Shown here: in pieces, positions 26,848 through 36,083 of the stretch
How the letters are laid out: every line of letters begins with the position of its first letter
Position numbering within the stretch: position 1 is the stretch's first letter
Origin: Candidatus Doudnabacteria bacterium
Lineage (GTDB): Bacteria; Patescibacteriota; Doudnabacteria; UBA920
Length of the DNA stretch: 64,000 nt
NCBI GenBank assembly: GCA_003151625.1
Contig: PLYC01000007.1
Location: 81,181 to 145,180 of the forward strand
Direction: 5' to 3'
Translations under genes and position numbers: made by a program
Notes under the pieces: generated by a model
Database searches by the model: none
Seen by the model: only the letters and a program-made list of their open reading frames with translations
Told to the model about the DNA's origin: nothing

Positions 26848-27239
26848 CGCGCTTTGTCGTAGATTACGCGTTTGATTTCAAGTCGCTTGGGTGAAAAATT
26901 TATTAGAAAACCGAGTTTATACTCGGAACCCTTCAAATAATTCCAAAAAGTGGCCTCGTCTTGTTTGTTGACAAAAGGCTTCGATTTTAGTTCCAAGACA
27001 ATTTCATTGTTAACAACTTTGTCTGGAACATAAGTACCAACCTTTTTCCCTTCATAATATATGTTTATTCGTTTCTGGCATTCAACCGTTAATCCTCGTT
27101 TTTCAAGAGCAATAGTAAGGGCGTTGTCCACTATTGATTCTTTAAACATTCCTCGAAATTGCTTCCAGACATCAAAACAGGCTCCTCTAATCTCGTAAGA
27201 CTCCTTTTCATATAAAAAATCTTTAACTAACTTTGACAT
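26826..27239 (-). CDS. GxxExxY-family protein (PD-(D/E)xK-like fold)
   Basis: YEIRGACFDVWKQFRGMFKESIVDNALTIALEKRGL...EIVLELKSK...KLGFLINF matches the GxxExxY family pattern. Bracketed by family 3 repeats. Confidence 0.65.
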   Translation of the reverse strand: MSKLVKDFLYEKESYEIRGACFDVWKQFRGMFKESIVDNALTIALEKRGLTVECQKRINIYYEGKKVGTYVPDKVVNNEIVLELKSKPFVNKQDEATFWNYLKGSEYKLGFLINFSPKRLEIKRVIYDKARTEDSAT

Positions 27240-27306
27240 TCCGCTAGAATTTAACTCTTAGCTTCAGCGACAATATCAGCGTACCTATCAGCGACTGTTC
27301 AGCGGC

Positions 27307-28248
27307 TTATAAATTCATCTCCCTTAATCTTTTAACCCTGTCCGCAATTGGCGGGTGGGTGTTAAATAATCCGGCCAGCCAGCTGCGGGCGCCGTGGGGA
27401 TTTTCCGGGTGGTCGGAGGTGGATTCTTCGCGGTCTTCATGGAAGGGGTTAACTATGTATAAATGCGCGGTGGCGTTGTTGGCTTCCACCAGGGGAGTTT
27501 GGTCGTCGGAAATTTTTTCCAAGGCCAAGGCCAAACCCTCTGGGTAGCGCGTTAAAAGCGCTCCCGAGGCATCGGCTAAATATTCGCGCTGGCGGGAAAC
27601 GGCCAGTTTAATTATTGTGGCTATAAGCGGCGAAAGAATTGCCAAAAGTATGCCGACGGCAAAAAGTATCATCCCAAGGTTGCCGTTGTCTTTGCTATTG
27701 CTTCGGCGTCCGCCAAAAAAAGAAAAACGCAAAAACCAATTGGACATAAGGGCAATCATTCCCACTAATACAACGACCAGCGTCATTAGTCTAATATCAT
27801 AATTTCCAATGTGTGAAAGTTCGTGCGCGGTCACGCCTTCGAGTTCGGTTTTGTCCAGTTTTTGCAAAATACCGGTGGTAAAACAAATCACCGCATGCTT
27901 GGGGTCGCGACCGGTGGCAAAGGCGTTGGGCGCGGGGTCGTTAATAATATAAATTTTCGGCGTGGGGATGCCGGCGGCAATGCAAAGATTTTCTACTATA
28001 TTGTAGAGCTGCTGGTTTGTCGCTCGGTCAACCAACTGTGCCTTGGAAACTGCCAAAGTTATGGAATCGGCAAAGTAATAGGAAAACAGCGCCGAACCAA
28101 CGCTAAAAATAACGGCCAAATATAGAATCGCGTCATTCTGGTAAACCTGCGCAAATACCCAGCCGAGCGCCGAAATCACTATCAAGAAGCTGAATATTAA
28201 AATCCAGCTCTCGCGCTTATTTTTGTTAATGAGATCGTATGTGAGCAT
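27307..28248 (-). CDS. htpX: Zn-dependent protease HtpX (M48 family)
   Basis: HELSHIGNYD (HExxH) and four TM helices. Adjacent to lemA. Confidence 0.85.
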   Translation of the reverse strand: MLTYDLINKNKRESWILIFSFLIVISALGWVFAQVYQNDAILYLAVIFSVGSALFSYYFADSITLAVSKAQLVDRATNQQLYNIVENLCIAAGIPTPKIYIINDPAPNAFATGRDPKHAVICFTTGILQKLDKTELEGVTAHELSHIGNYDIRLMTLVVVLVGMIALMSNWFLRFSFFGGRRSNSKDNGNLGMILFAVGILLAILSPLIATIIKLAVSRQREYLADASGALLTRYPEGLALALEKISDDQTPLVEANNATAHLYIVNPFHEDREESTSDHPENPHGARSWLAGLFNTHPPIADRVKRLREMNL

Positions 28249-28257
28249 TAAGATTAT

Positions 28258-28362
28258 TCAGAAGATTTTTGAAGCTTGATAAAAAAACCATGAGAGCACG
28301 CCAATGATTGCGGCTATAATTATAAGCAACATCCACCAACTTAATTTTGGATTGAGGTTCAT
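28258..28362 (-). CDS. Possible 34-aa single-TM micropeptide between lemA and htpX
   Basis: MNLNPKLSWWMLLIIIAAIIGVLSWFFYQASKIF. Lies 9 nt from the htpX start. The ribosome-binding site is weak. Confidence 0.25.
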   Translation of the reverse strand: MNLNPKLSWWMLLIIIAAIIGVLSWFFYQASKIF

Positions 28363-28425
28363 ATTTTTTATTTACCCTTCGACTCCGCCGCCCTTCTGGC
28401 GGCTTCGCTCAGGGTCAAAGTCCAA

Positions 28426-28971
28426 TTAGAATTGGACTTTGACCGGCTGGGCTTCCGGGCCGCTTTCGTCTATGCCAAAAAAATCTTTTTTGGTAAAGCC
28501 GAACATAGAGGCAAAGAGGTTGGTGGGGAAGACCTGGAGTTTGGTGTTGTAGTCGCGGACATTGCCGTTGTAGAAGCGCCGGGCAGCCTGGATTTTATCT
28601 TCGGTGTCTGTAAGGTCGCTTTGCAATTGCATAAAATTGGCATTGGCTTTTAAGTCCGGGTAAGCCTCGGCCACGGCAAACAAACTTTTTAATGTGCCGG
28701 AAAGCGCGTTTTCCTGTTTGAGTTTATCGTCCATACTGCCTGCGTTCATAGCGGCGCTACGGGCGGCGGTAACCTGCTCAAACACGCCGGCTTCGTGGGT
28801 GGCATAACCTTTTACGGTTGAAACCAAGTTAGGGATTAAATCGTACCTTCTTTTTAATTGCACTTCAATATCGCTCCAGGCTTCTTCTACGCGGTTTTTT
28901 GAGCGCACCAAACCGTTGAACATAAGCACTAAAATAACCAAAATCGCTAAGATTATCCAAACTGCTATCAT
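28426..28971 (-). CDS. lemA: LemA-family membrane protein
   Basis: N-terminal TM helix and a conserved LemA core (...RRYDLIPNLV...), in the conserved LemA-HtpX arrangement. Confidence 0.8.
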   Translation of the reverse strand: MIAVWIILAILVILVLMFNGLVRSKNRVEEAWSDIEVQLKRRYDLIPNLVSTVKGYATHEAGVFEQVTAARSAAMNAGSMDDKLKQENALSGTLKSLFAVAEAYPDLKANANFMQLQSDLTDTEDKIQAARRFYNGNVRDYNTKLQVFPTNLFASMFGFTKKDFFGIDESGPEAQPVKVQF

Positions 28972-29049
28972 ATATTTTATTCGTTTAATGATTAAGTTTT
29001 CCCGCTAAGCGGGATCCGCCTTTGGCGGAAATTATTTACCCGGATTAAT

Positions 29050-29080
29050 TATAGCACAAATCAAATTTTTATGGTATAAT
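29050..29080 (+). promoter_or_regulatory. Extended -10 promoter (TGGTATAAT) for secA
   Basis: tttttatggtataat. The same tttatggtataat box recurs at 49111-49123 and 62975-62985. Confidence 0.5.
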
Positions 29081-29160
29081 TTGGCTACAGAAAAAATACA
29101 AATGTTGCGGAACACTGAAAAAAGTAGTTCTGTAATATTTACATTGTAGTTGAAACAAAA

Positions 29161-31578
29161 ATGGACATACTGGAAAATTTAAAAGAAGGCGCGGATAGGT
29201 ATATAGACGCTTGGGCTTTGGAAGATTTGGAAGACCGGGTAAAGCTAGTGTTAAAAGAGCGCGAGGAGCTAAAAGGCTGGACCGACAAAGAACTCAAGCT
29301 CGCGGCTTTGGCGTTTAAAGAAGATTTGGCAAAAGGCAAGAGCTTGGACAGTTTAGTGGTCGAGGCTTTTGCCGTGGTTAACGAAGCGGCGCGCCGCGCG
29401 TTAAAACAGTTGCCGTTTCCGGTACAAATTTTAGCCGGGTTGGTTATTCACAGCGGCCGGGTGGCCGAAATGAAGGCCGGCGAAGGAAAAACTTTAACCG
29501 AAACCATGCCGGTTTACGCCAACGCGCTTATGGGTTTTGGTGTACATTTAATAACCACGAACGATTACCTTGCCGAACGCGACGCCAAATGGATGGGCAA
29601 GCTCTATAATTTTTTAGGACTTAGTGTGGGTTTTATAACCTCCACAATGAAAAATGACGAGCGCCGTAAAGCTTACGCCTGCGACATAACCTACGTAACC
29701 AACCAGGAGGTTGGTTTTGATTATTTACGCGACAATCTGGTTTTTTCCAGAGCCGAACGAGTTTTGCGCGGCACCCGCCCGCTTTATTTTGGCATAGTGG
29801 ATGAGATAGACAGCATTTTAATAGACGAATCCCGCACCCCTTTGATTATTGCCGAAGCCATAAAAGAAGAAAGAAATTTTTACGACCTGTTTACAAAAAT
29901 CGTGGAAAAATTAACCGAGGACGAAGACTATGTCGTGGATTATCAGGCTAAGCTGGTTAGTATGACTGACGCGGGGTTAAATAAAGTGGAAAAGCTTTTG
30001 GGCGGACCGGTGTTTTCCAAAGACAATCCGATGTATGTATTTTATTTGGATGTTTGCTTAAAAGCCAAAGTGGTTTTTGAAAAAGACCGCGACTATATAA
30101 TAACCGACGGCGAAGTGGATATAGTAGATGAATTTACGGGGCGGGTAATGCCGGGACGCCGCTTTACCGACGGCGTGCATCAGGCCATAGAAGCCAAAGA
30201 ACACGTTAAGGTTAAGGAGGCCGACAAAACGCAAGCCAGTATAACGTTCCAGAACTTTTTTCCAATGTACGAAAAACTTTCCGGCATGAGCGGTACGGTT
30301 ATGCGCGCGCGCGATGAATTTAATAAAGTTTACAAATTGGATGTAATCCAAATTCCAACCAACCGCCCAATTGCCCGCGTAGACCACAACGACTTATTTT
30401 TTAAAACTCAAAAAGGTAAGTTTTTGGGCTTGATCAAAAAAATTAAACAGATTAAACACAAAAATCAGCCGCTTTTGATTGGCGCGCGAAACGTAGAGAC
30501 CGCGCATATGGTGGCGGATCTATTGGAAACCGTCGGGTTTCCTTACCAGCTGCTTACGGCGCAGGATCACCGCAGCGAGGCGGAAAAAATAGCCAAGGCC
30601 GGACAGGAGGGGATGATAACCGTGGCCACCAATATGGCCGGCCGCGGTACGGATATTCTGCTTGGGAGTGGCGTGGAAACTTTGGGCGGGCTGTATGTTT
30701 TGGGAACGGAACGACACGAATCAAGGCGCATAGACGACCAGCTGGTCGGCCGGAGCGGGCGACAGGGGGAGCCGGGTGAAACGCAGTTTTTGATTTCCAT
30801 GGAAGACGAAATAATGCAGTTGTTCGGCAGTGAAAAAATTATCAATACCATGGAGGCTTACGACATTCCGGAAGACGAGTATATTTCCGGAAAAAGCTTA
30901 AACTACGCTTTTAAAAAAGCCCAGGATTTTGTGGAGAGCAAGAATTTAGACAGCCGGCTGTATTTGTACAAATACGACAGCGTGACCAAATTCCAAAGAA
31001 AATACATTTACGCGCTTCGGGATTCATTGCTGGAAAATGAAGCTAATTTTTTGGATTATTTAAAAAAATCCATACGTGAGATTTTAATTGAAATATTACA
31101 AATAGGCGATGCTCAATTAATTTCCGTGGAAATGCTAAAGGTTTTTCACGTGGACGCCAAACCGGAAGAAATTCAGCAGTCGTTAGGGTTAAAAACTGAA
31201 GGTGGTATTGAGGCTATATTAAATGAATGGCTAAACCCTTTTTACAAGGAGCCAGTCGCAATGTCTTTGAATGATGCCGCGCAAAAGCTCGCGGATATTT
31301 TGGAATCGCTAGCTTTAAAAATCCAAAAAGAACCGGAAGTCTATAAAGCCGGGCAGAATTTAATTTTAGAAATTATAGATAACAACTGGAGCGGCCAGCA
31401 GGATTTAATGGACGTGCTTAAACAGGAGGCCGGATTGTTTTCTTACGCTTCGGAAGACCCGCTAATTGAATATATTTTGGAAGGTCGTAAATTGTTTGAA
31501 AGTCTAAAGTCGGACATAAAAAGACAGTTTTTATCCTCCATTTTTTTGCATTTGGAACAAAAGGGTCTCCTGGAGTAG
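29161..31578 (+). CDS. secA: Preprotein translocase ATPase SecA (compact form without C-terminal Zn tail)
   Basis: DEAD motor Walker A MKAGEGKTLT, preprotein cross-linking domain, helical scaffold domain. 805 aa. Confidence 0.9.
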   Translation: MDILENLKEGADRYIDAWALEDLEDRVKLVLKEREELKGWTDKELKLAALAFKEDLAKGKSLDSLVVEAFAVVNEAARRALKQLPFPVQILAGLVIHSGRVAEMKAGEGKTLTETMPVYANALMGFGVHLITTNDYLAERDAKWMGKLYNFLGLSVGFITSTMKNDERRKAYACDITYVTNQEVGFDYLRDNLVFSRAERVLRGTRPLYFGIVDEIDSILIDESRTPLIIAEAIKEERNFYDLFTKIVEKLTEDEDYVVDYQAKLVSMTDAGLNKVEKLLGGPVFSKDNPMYVFYLDVCLKAKVVFEKDRDYIITDGEVDIVDEFTGRVMPGRRFTDGVHQAIEAKEHVKVKEADKTQASITFQNFFPMYEKLSGMSGTVMRARDEFNKVYKLDVIQIPTNRPIARVDHNDLFFKTQKGKFLGLIKKIKQIKHKNQPLLIGARNVETAHMVADLLETVGFPYQLLTAQDHRSEAEKIAKAGQEGMITVATNMAGRGTDILLGSGVETLGGLYVLGTERHESRRIDDQLVGRSGRQGEPGETQFLISMEDEIMQLFGSEKIINTMEAYDIPEDEYISGKSLNYAFKKAQDFVESKNLDSRLYLYKYDSVTKFQRKYIYALRDSLLENEANFLDYLKKSIREILIEILQIGDAQLISVEMLKVFHVDAKPEEIQQSLGLKTEGGIEAILNEWLNPFYKEPVAMSLNDAAQKLADILESLALKIQKEPEVYKAGQNLILEIIDNNWSGQQDLMDVLKQEAGLFSYASEDPLIEYILEGRKLFESLKSDIKRQFLSSIFLHLEQKGLLE

Positions 31579-31585
31579 CAAACAA

Positions 31586-31672
31586 ATTAACACGAATTGA
31601 TTACTAATAAACACGAATGAGCATATCGCATATTCGTGTTAATTAGTTTGCAGTATTCGTGTTAATTAGTTA
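31586..31672. promoter_or_regulatory. Four-site TTAACACGAAT operator-like array (two direct and two inverted copies around gcatatcgcatat) upstream of gatC
   Basis: ttaacacgaat(31589)...taaacacgaat(31610)...attcgtgttaa(31635)...attcgtgttaa(31660). The same 12-mer aacacgaatgag occurs at 9-20 upstream of the VirB4-like gene. Confidence 0.55.
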
Positions 31673-31964
31673 TTATATGAATATGCTAAGTAAAGAAGAG
31701 GTCATAAAAATTGCTAAATTGGCTCGTATTGCGCTAACCGACGAAGAGGTGGAAAAATTTCGGACACAACTTTCCACGGTTTTAGACTATGTGGAAGAGT
31801 TAAAAACTGTAAATGTAGAGGGTTTGGAAGAAGTTTCCCAGGTAACCGGTTTGGTTAACGTCCAGCGCGAGGACAAAGTTGTACAGGCGGAAAATCATGA
31901 AGCGATTTTTTCCCAGGCACCGGAGACGAAAGACGGGTATTACAAAGTAAAAGCAATATTATAA
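31659..31964 (+). CDS. gatC: Asp/Glu-tRNA amidotransferase subunit C
   Basis: LSKEEVIKIAKLARIALTDEEVEKF...DYVEEL. The true start is probably an internal Met (~31683). Confidence 0.85.
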   Translation: MLISYYMNMLSKEEVIKIAKLARIALTDEEVEKFRTQLSTVLDYVEELKTVNVEGLEEVSQVTGLVNVQREDKVVQAENHEAIFSQAPETKDGYYKVKAIL

Positions 31965-32071
31965 TTAAGATCCAAGAAGCAAAGAATCAAGAACCAAACA
32001 CTGCAACTGCAGTTTTGGATCTTGATATCTTGAATCTTGGTTCTTCGTAAGCTCAATTCAAGATTTAAGAT

Positions 32072-33553
32072 ATGGACTTCGCCTATTTATCACTGACAGA
32101 GTTAAGAAAAAAACTTGACCACAAGGAGATTTCTTCGCTTGAGCTTACGCGATACTTTTTGGCGCGCATAAAAAAAAGCGACCTTAACGCTTTTGTTACG
32201 GTAACGGAAGAAGAAGCTTTGGCGGCCGCGAAAGACGCGGACGATTTTATATCCAGTCCCGGTGAGAATCCGTTTTTGTGCGGCATCCCTTACGCTTCCA
32301 AAGACTTATTCTGTACCAAGGGTATTCGCACTACCGCATCCTCTAAAATTTTAGACAACTACTTTCCGCCATACGACGCGACGGTTACAAAAAAACTAAA
32401 TGAACAAAAATCCGTGCTTTTAGGTAAGACTAATTTGGATGAATTTGCGCACGGATCTTCTACCGAAACTTCGGCTTACGGACCTTCCAAAAATCCCTGG
32501 GACAGCACGCGTATTCCTGGCGGTTCTTCCGGCGGTTCTACAGCGGCAGTGGGCGCCGGGCTCTCGCCTTGGGCAACGGCCACGGAAACCGGCGGGAGCA
32601 TTCGCCAGCCGGCTTCTTTGTGCGGTCTTAGCGGATGGAAGCCAACCTATGGACGCGTTTCCCGTTACGGTGTTATTGCCATGGCATCATCGTTAGACAG
32701 CCCGGGAGCGGTTGCTTACAGTGTGGAAGATTTGGCGCGCTTGGCAGAAGTTTTGGCCGGACAGGACGAAAAAGATTCCACTACTAGCCCGGTGGAAGTG
32801 CCGGCATACAGTAAAAAATTATCCGCCGACGTTAAAGGCCTAAAAATTGGCGTACCAAAAGAATACTTTGTGGACGGAATGGAAGACGGGGTAAAGCAAA
32901 GGGTAATGGAAGCCATAAAAGAATACGAAAAAATGGGCGCCAAAATAGAAGAGGTGAGTTTGCCTTACACTAAGTTTGGCTCTTTGGTTTACGCGATTGT
33001 CTGTCCAAGCGAGGTGTCTTCCAATTTAGCCCGCTTTGACGGAATTCGTTATGGCCACTCGACCCGCGAAGCCAAAAATCTTTTGGAAGTTTACGAAAAA
33101 TCCCGCGCTGAGGGTTTTGGCAATGAGGCCAAACGCCGCATTTTAACCGGCACTTATGTTTTGTCTGCCGGATATTACGACGCCTACTATAAGAAAGCGC
33201 AAAAAGTTAGGAGCTTGATTATAAAAGAATTCGCCGAAGTTTTTAAAAAGGTGGATATTCTGGCGTGCCCTTCTTCACCGAACGTAGCCATTAAACTCGG
33301 CCATGCCAAAGATAATCCGTTATTTGGATACATCGCCGACCAGCTAAACATCCCAGGTTCATTGGCAGGTTTGCCGGCTTTATCTATTCCCTGTGGTTTC
33401 GCCCTTCCTGCCGACGGACAGGCAAATTCTTTGGACGGTTTGCCCGTAGGACTTCAGATTATCGGCCCGCAATGGGGCGAACAAAAAACTTTTAACGCGG
33501 GATATGCGTATCAGCAGGTTACGGACTGGCATAAGAAGCATCCGGGGGAATAG
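32072..33553 (+). CDS. gatA: Glu-tRNA(Gln)/Asp-tRNA(Asn) amidotransferase subunit A
   Basis: Amidase signature GGSSGGS and a Ser-cisSer-Lys triad context. Confidence 0.95.
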   Translation: MDFAYLSLTELRKKLDHKEISSLELTRYFLARIKKSDLNAFVTVTEEEALAAAKDADDFISSPGENPFLCGIPYASKDLFCTKGIRTTASSKILDNYFPPYDATVTKKLNEQKSVLLGKTNLDEFAHGSSTETSAYGPSKNPWDSTRIPGGSSGGSTAAVGAGLSPWATATETGGSIRQPASLCGLSGWKPTYGRVSRYGVIAMASSLDSPGAVAYSVEDLARLAEVLAGQDEKDSTTSPVEVPAYSKKLSADVKGLKIGVPKEYFVDGMEDGVKQRVMEAIKEYEKMGAKIEEVSLPYTKFGSLVYAIVCPSEVSSNLARFDGIRYGHSTREAKNLLEVYEKSRAEGFGNEAKRRILTGTYVLSAGYYDAYYKKAQKVRSLIIKEFAEVFKKVDILACPSSPNVAIKLGHAKDNPLFGYIADQLNIPGSLAGLPALSIPCGFALPADGQANSLDGLPVGLQIIGPQWGEQKTFNAGYAYQQVTDWHKKHPGE

Positions 33554-33634
33554 AATTAGGAAGTATGTCCCGCGGAGCGGGATCCGCCTCCGGCGGAAAT
33601 TAGGAATTAAGAAGTATGTCATCCCGGAATTTTT

Positions 33635-34015
33635 TTGTTGAAGTACATAATCAGCCAAAAAATATCCCTGCCTGTGGCAGGCAGGCGAAATCCAGAATAT
33701 ATGAAAGAATTTTTTAGACCAAATTTGTTTAAAATAATTTTTACGCTTATTGGAGTTTTATTGCCGTGGTTATTTGGCCCCTTAAAAGCTGCCTTTCCTA
33801 CATTGCAACCGGTTTTTGATAACTTATTTTGGCTTTACTCAATCCCTTTTTTACCTATAAGTCTAACAATTATTTTTCTTGGATTCAGCAGAGTAGTATG
33901 GGATTTTAGCGCGACAGTTATTTTGTTTGTCGTATCTGTTTTATATTCATATTTGTTAGGTTGTACGGTATATTATTTTAAAAAAAAATATAACCTTTAT
34001 CATGAAAGAATTTAA
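33635..34015 (+). CDS. Small hypothetical membrane protein between gatA and gatB
   Basis: 126 aa with 3 predicted TM helices. Overlaps the gatB start by 14 nt. REP hairpins lie upstream. Confidence 0.3.
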   Translation: MLKYIISQKISLPVAGRRNPEYMKEFFRPNLFKIIFTLIGVLLPWLFGPLKAAFPTLQPVFDNLFWLYSIPFLPISLTIIFLGFSRVVWDFSATVILFVVSVLYSYLLGCTVYYFKKKYNLYHERI

Positions 34016-35564
34016 ATCTTCAAAAGAATACCAGCCCGTCATTGGGTTTGAAATACACGTAGAGCTTGCGACAAAGAGCAAGATGTTTTCTCCGGCCGCG
34101 AATAATCCGGACGAGAAGACGCCGAATGTAAATATTGACGAGATAGTTACGGCCCAGCCCGGGACTTTGCCTGTGGCTAACAAAGAAGCTATTAGGTTGG
34201 CGGCTTTAGTGGGGCTGGCTTTGAATTGTACGATTGATGAATGGAGCAAATTTGACCGCAAACATTATTTTTACCCGGATTTGCCAAAGGGCTATCAAAT
34301 ATCACAGTACGACCAGCCGATATCCAGAGCAGGATATTTGGATATTGAGATATTGGATATTAAGGGGCAGAAAAAAACCAAAAGAATTGGAATCACGCGG
34401 GCTCACTTAGAAGAAGATGCCGGAAAAAATATCCATCCGGAAGGTTTGCCTTATTCGTTGGTGGATTATAACCGTGCCGGTTGCGCTCTGCTGGAAATTG
34501 TTACGGAGCCGGATATAGAAAGTGGGGAAGAGGCTAAGGCCTTTTTAACCGAATTGAGAAATATTATCCGCTATCTCGGTGCTTCTGACTGTGATATGGA
34601 AAAGGGGACTATGCGCTGTGAGCCAAATATCAGCGTTCGAAAACCGGGCGAAACAACTTTGCCAAAGTATAAGTGCGAAGTAAAGAACATCAACTCTTTT
34701 AAATTTGCCGAGGCGGCCATAAATTACGAAATTGCCAGGCATACGGAAATGTTAAAAGAAGGCAAAATGCCGAAACAGGTAACCATGGGCTGGAACGAAA
34801 AAGAAGGTGTAACAGTGGAGCAAAGGGTGAAAGAAGATGCCAACGATTACCGTTATTTTCCGGAGCCGGATTTGCCGGTACTGCAATTTACCAAAGAATA
34901 CTTGGATAAGTTACGAAGCCAAATTCCCGAACTGCCGGCGCAAAAGCGCAAACGCTTTTTGGAAGAATTTGCTTTGCCAGAGGCGGATGTGGAAAATATT
35001 ATAAACTGGAAAGAATTGGCTAGTTATTTTGAGGAAGTTGTCAGCGAAATACAAGAATGGAAATTGGTAGATATTGACCCGTCTCGACTTGGCGGCGCTG
35101 ATAAGCGAGCCGAGGTGGATGGAAATTGGGAAATTAATGGCGCGATAAAACAGGCGGTAAACTGGCTGCTTGGAGATTTTAGCGCGTTGTTAAATGCAAA
35201 GCTTATAAATCCGTCCGACTCCCGTGTTAACCCGGAAAATTTCGCGGAATTAATGAAGTTGATTCTTCAGGGAAAAATTTCCGGCAGCGCGGCTAAAACC
35301 GTGTTTAAAGTAATGTTTGAAAAAGGCGGCGAACCATTATCCATCGTAAACGATTTAGGCCTTCATCAGGTTAGTGACATTGGTGCTATTGAAACCGCTA
35401 TCGATAAAATAATTACGGCCAATGTTAAAGCCGTAACCGACTACAAAACCGGCAACGAAAAATCTTTTGGCTTTTTAGTCGGCCAAACAATGAAAGAGTT
35501 AAAAGGCAAAGGCAACCCGCAGGTAATAAATGAGTTGCTAAAGAAAAAATTAATTACACCATAA
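34002..35564 (+). CDS. gatB: Asp/Glu-tRNA amidotransferase subunit B
   Basis: N-terminal PVIGFEIHVEL and a GatB/YqeY C-terminal domain. Confidence 0.95.
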   Translation: MKEFKSSKEYQPVIGFEIHVELATKSKMFSPAANNPDEKTPNVNIDEIVTAQPGTLPVANKEAIRLAALVGLALNCTIDEWSKFDRKHYFYPDLPKGYQISQYDQPISRAGYLDIEILDIKGQKKTKRIGITRAHLEEDAGKNIHPEGLPYSLVDYNRAGCALLEIVTEPDIESGEEAKAFLTELRNIIRYLGASDCDMEKGTMRCEPNISVRKPGETTLPKYKCEVKNINSFKFAEAAINYEIARHTEMLKEGKMPKQVTMGWNEKEGVTVEQRVKEDANDYRYFPEPDLPVLQFTKEYLDKLRSQIPELPAQKRKRFLEEFALPEADVENIINWKELASYFEEVVSEIQEWKLVDIDPSRLGGADKRAEVDGNWEINGAIKQAVNWLLGDFSALLNAKLINPSDSRVNPENFAELMKLILQGKISGSAAKTVFKVMFEKGGEPLSIVNDLGLHQVSDIGAIETAIDKIITANVKAVTDYKTGNEKSFGFLVGQTMKELKGKGNPQVINELLKKKLITP

Positions 35565-35610
35565 AATCAATTTGGAAGAGGGGACACCTCTTCCATATGT
35601 GAAATGATCA

Positions 35611-35654
35611 ACGCCGCGAGGTGTTCTGCAGAAAGCTTCTGCAGACCTCGCGGC
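35611..35654. other. 44-bp nested perfect palindrome (cgccgcgagg-tgtt-ctgcagaa-agc-ttctgcag-ac-cctcgcggcg)
   Basis: 10-bp outer stem with an 8-bp inner stem. Sits at the 3' end of the minus-strand island gene. Confidence 0.6.
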
Positions 35655-35660
35655 GTTATG

Positions 35661-35993
35661 CTATCGGCGGGTATATTCGATGACATTTGCCACGATGATG
35701 GAACCGCGCCATGTGTGTGTGCTTGGGGCCGGAGTAGCCGGAACTTCCGGTCCAATCTGGCCGGTACATTGCGAGCAGCGGCCGTCGAGAAGCTTTTCCC
35801 GACCCCCACAATTCTCGCAGGGCTCGGGTTGAGTGGCGGCTTCAGAACCGATTCCGCAGGAAAGTTCAAATGCTTCGTCTGTACTCATTTCCGGCGATAT
35901 CGGCACTTCGTTGCCGTCCTTGGATATGTGAAGCTTTCCGTCCGGAGCCAATGTGGCAGTGCCGATTTCCTGGCCACGATATGTAGCTATCAT
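35661..35993 (-). CDS. Hypothetical small protein with Cys-rich motif (CENCGG...CSQC), in a GC-rich insert
   Basis: Strong ribosome-binding site (AAGGAGG 6 nt upstream). Local GC ~58%. Flanked by palindromes and a bidirectional terminator. Confidence 0.5.
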   Translation of the reverse strand: MIATYRGQEIGTATLAPDGKLHISKDGNEVPISPEMSTDEAFELSCGIGSEAATQPEPCENCGGREKLLDGRCSQCTGQIGPEVPATPAPSTHTWRGSIIVANVIEYTRR

Positions 35994-36045
35994 TCGGCCT
36001 CCTTATGGGAGGAAGTATATATAGATGAGTTAAAAGTTGCAAATA

Positions 36046-36082
36046 GAAAAAAGTCCAATAGTCGCGACTATTGGACTTTTTG
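36046..36082. terminator. Bidirectional intrinsic terminator (miaA / island)
   Basis: aaaaaagtccaatagtcgcgactattggactttttg. Confidence 0.75.
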
Positions 36083-36083
36083 A

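Noticed and set aside
26195-27305. Integron gene-cassette array (attC sites) for the family 3 repeats
   Set aside because: The repeats are only ~40 bp and lack R/L core sites (GTTRRRY). The bracketed genes are in opposite orientations, and no intI is present. A REP/MITE-type origin is more parsimonious.
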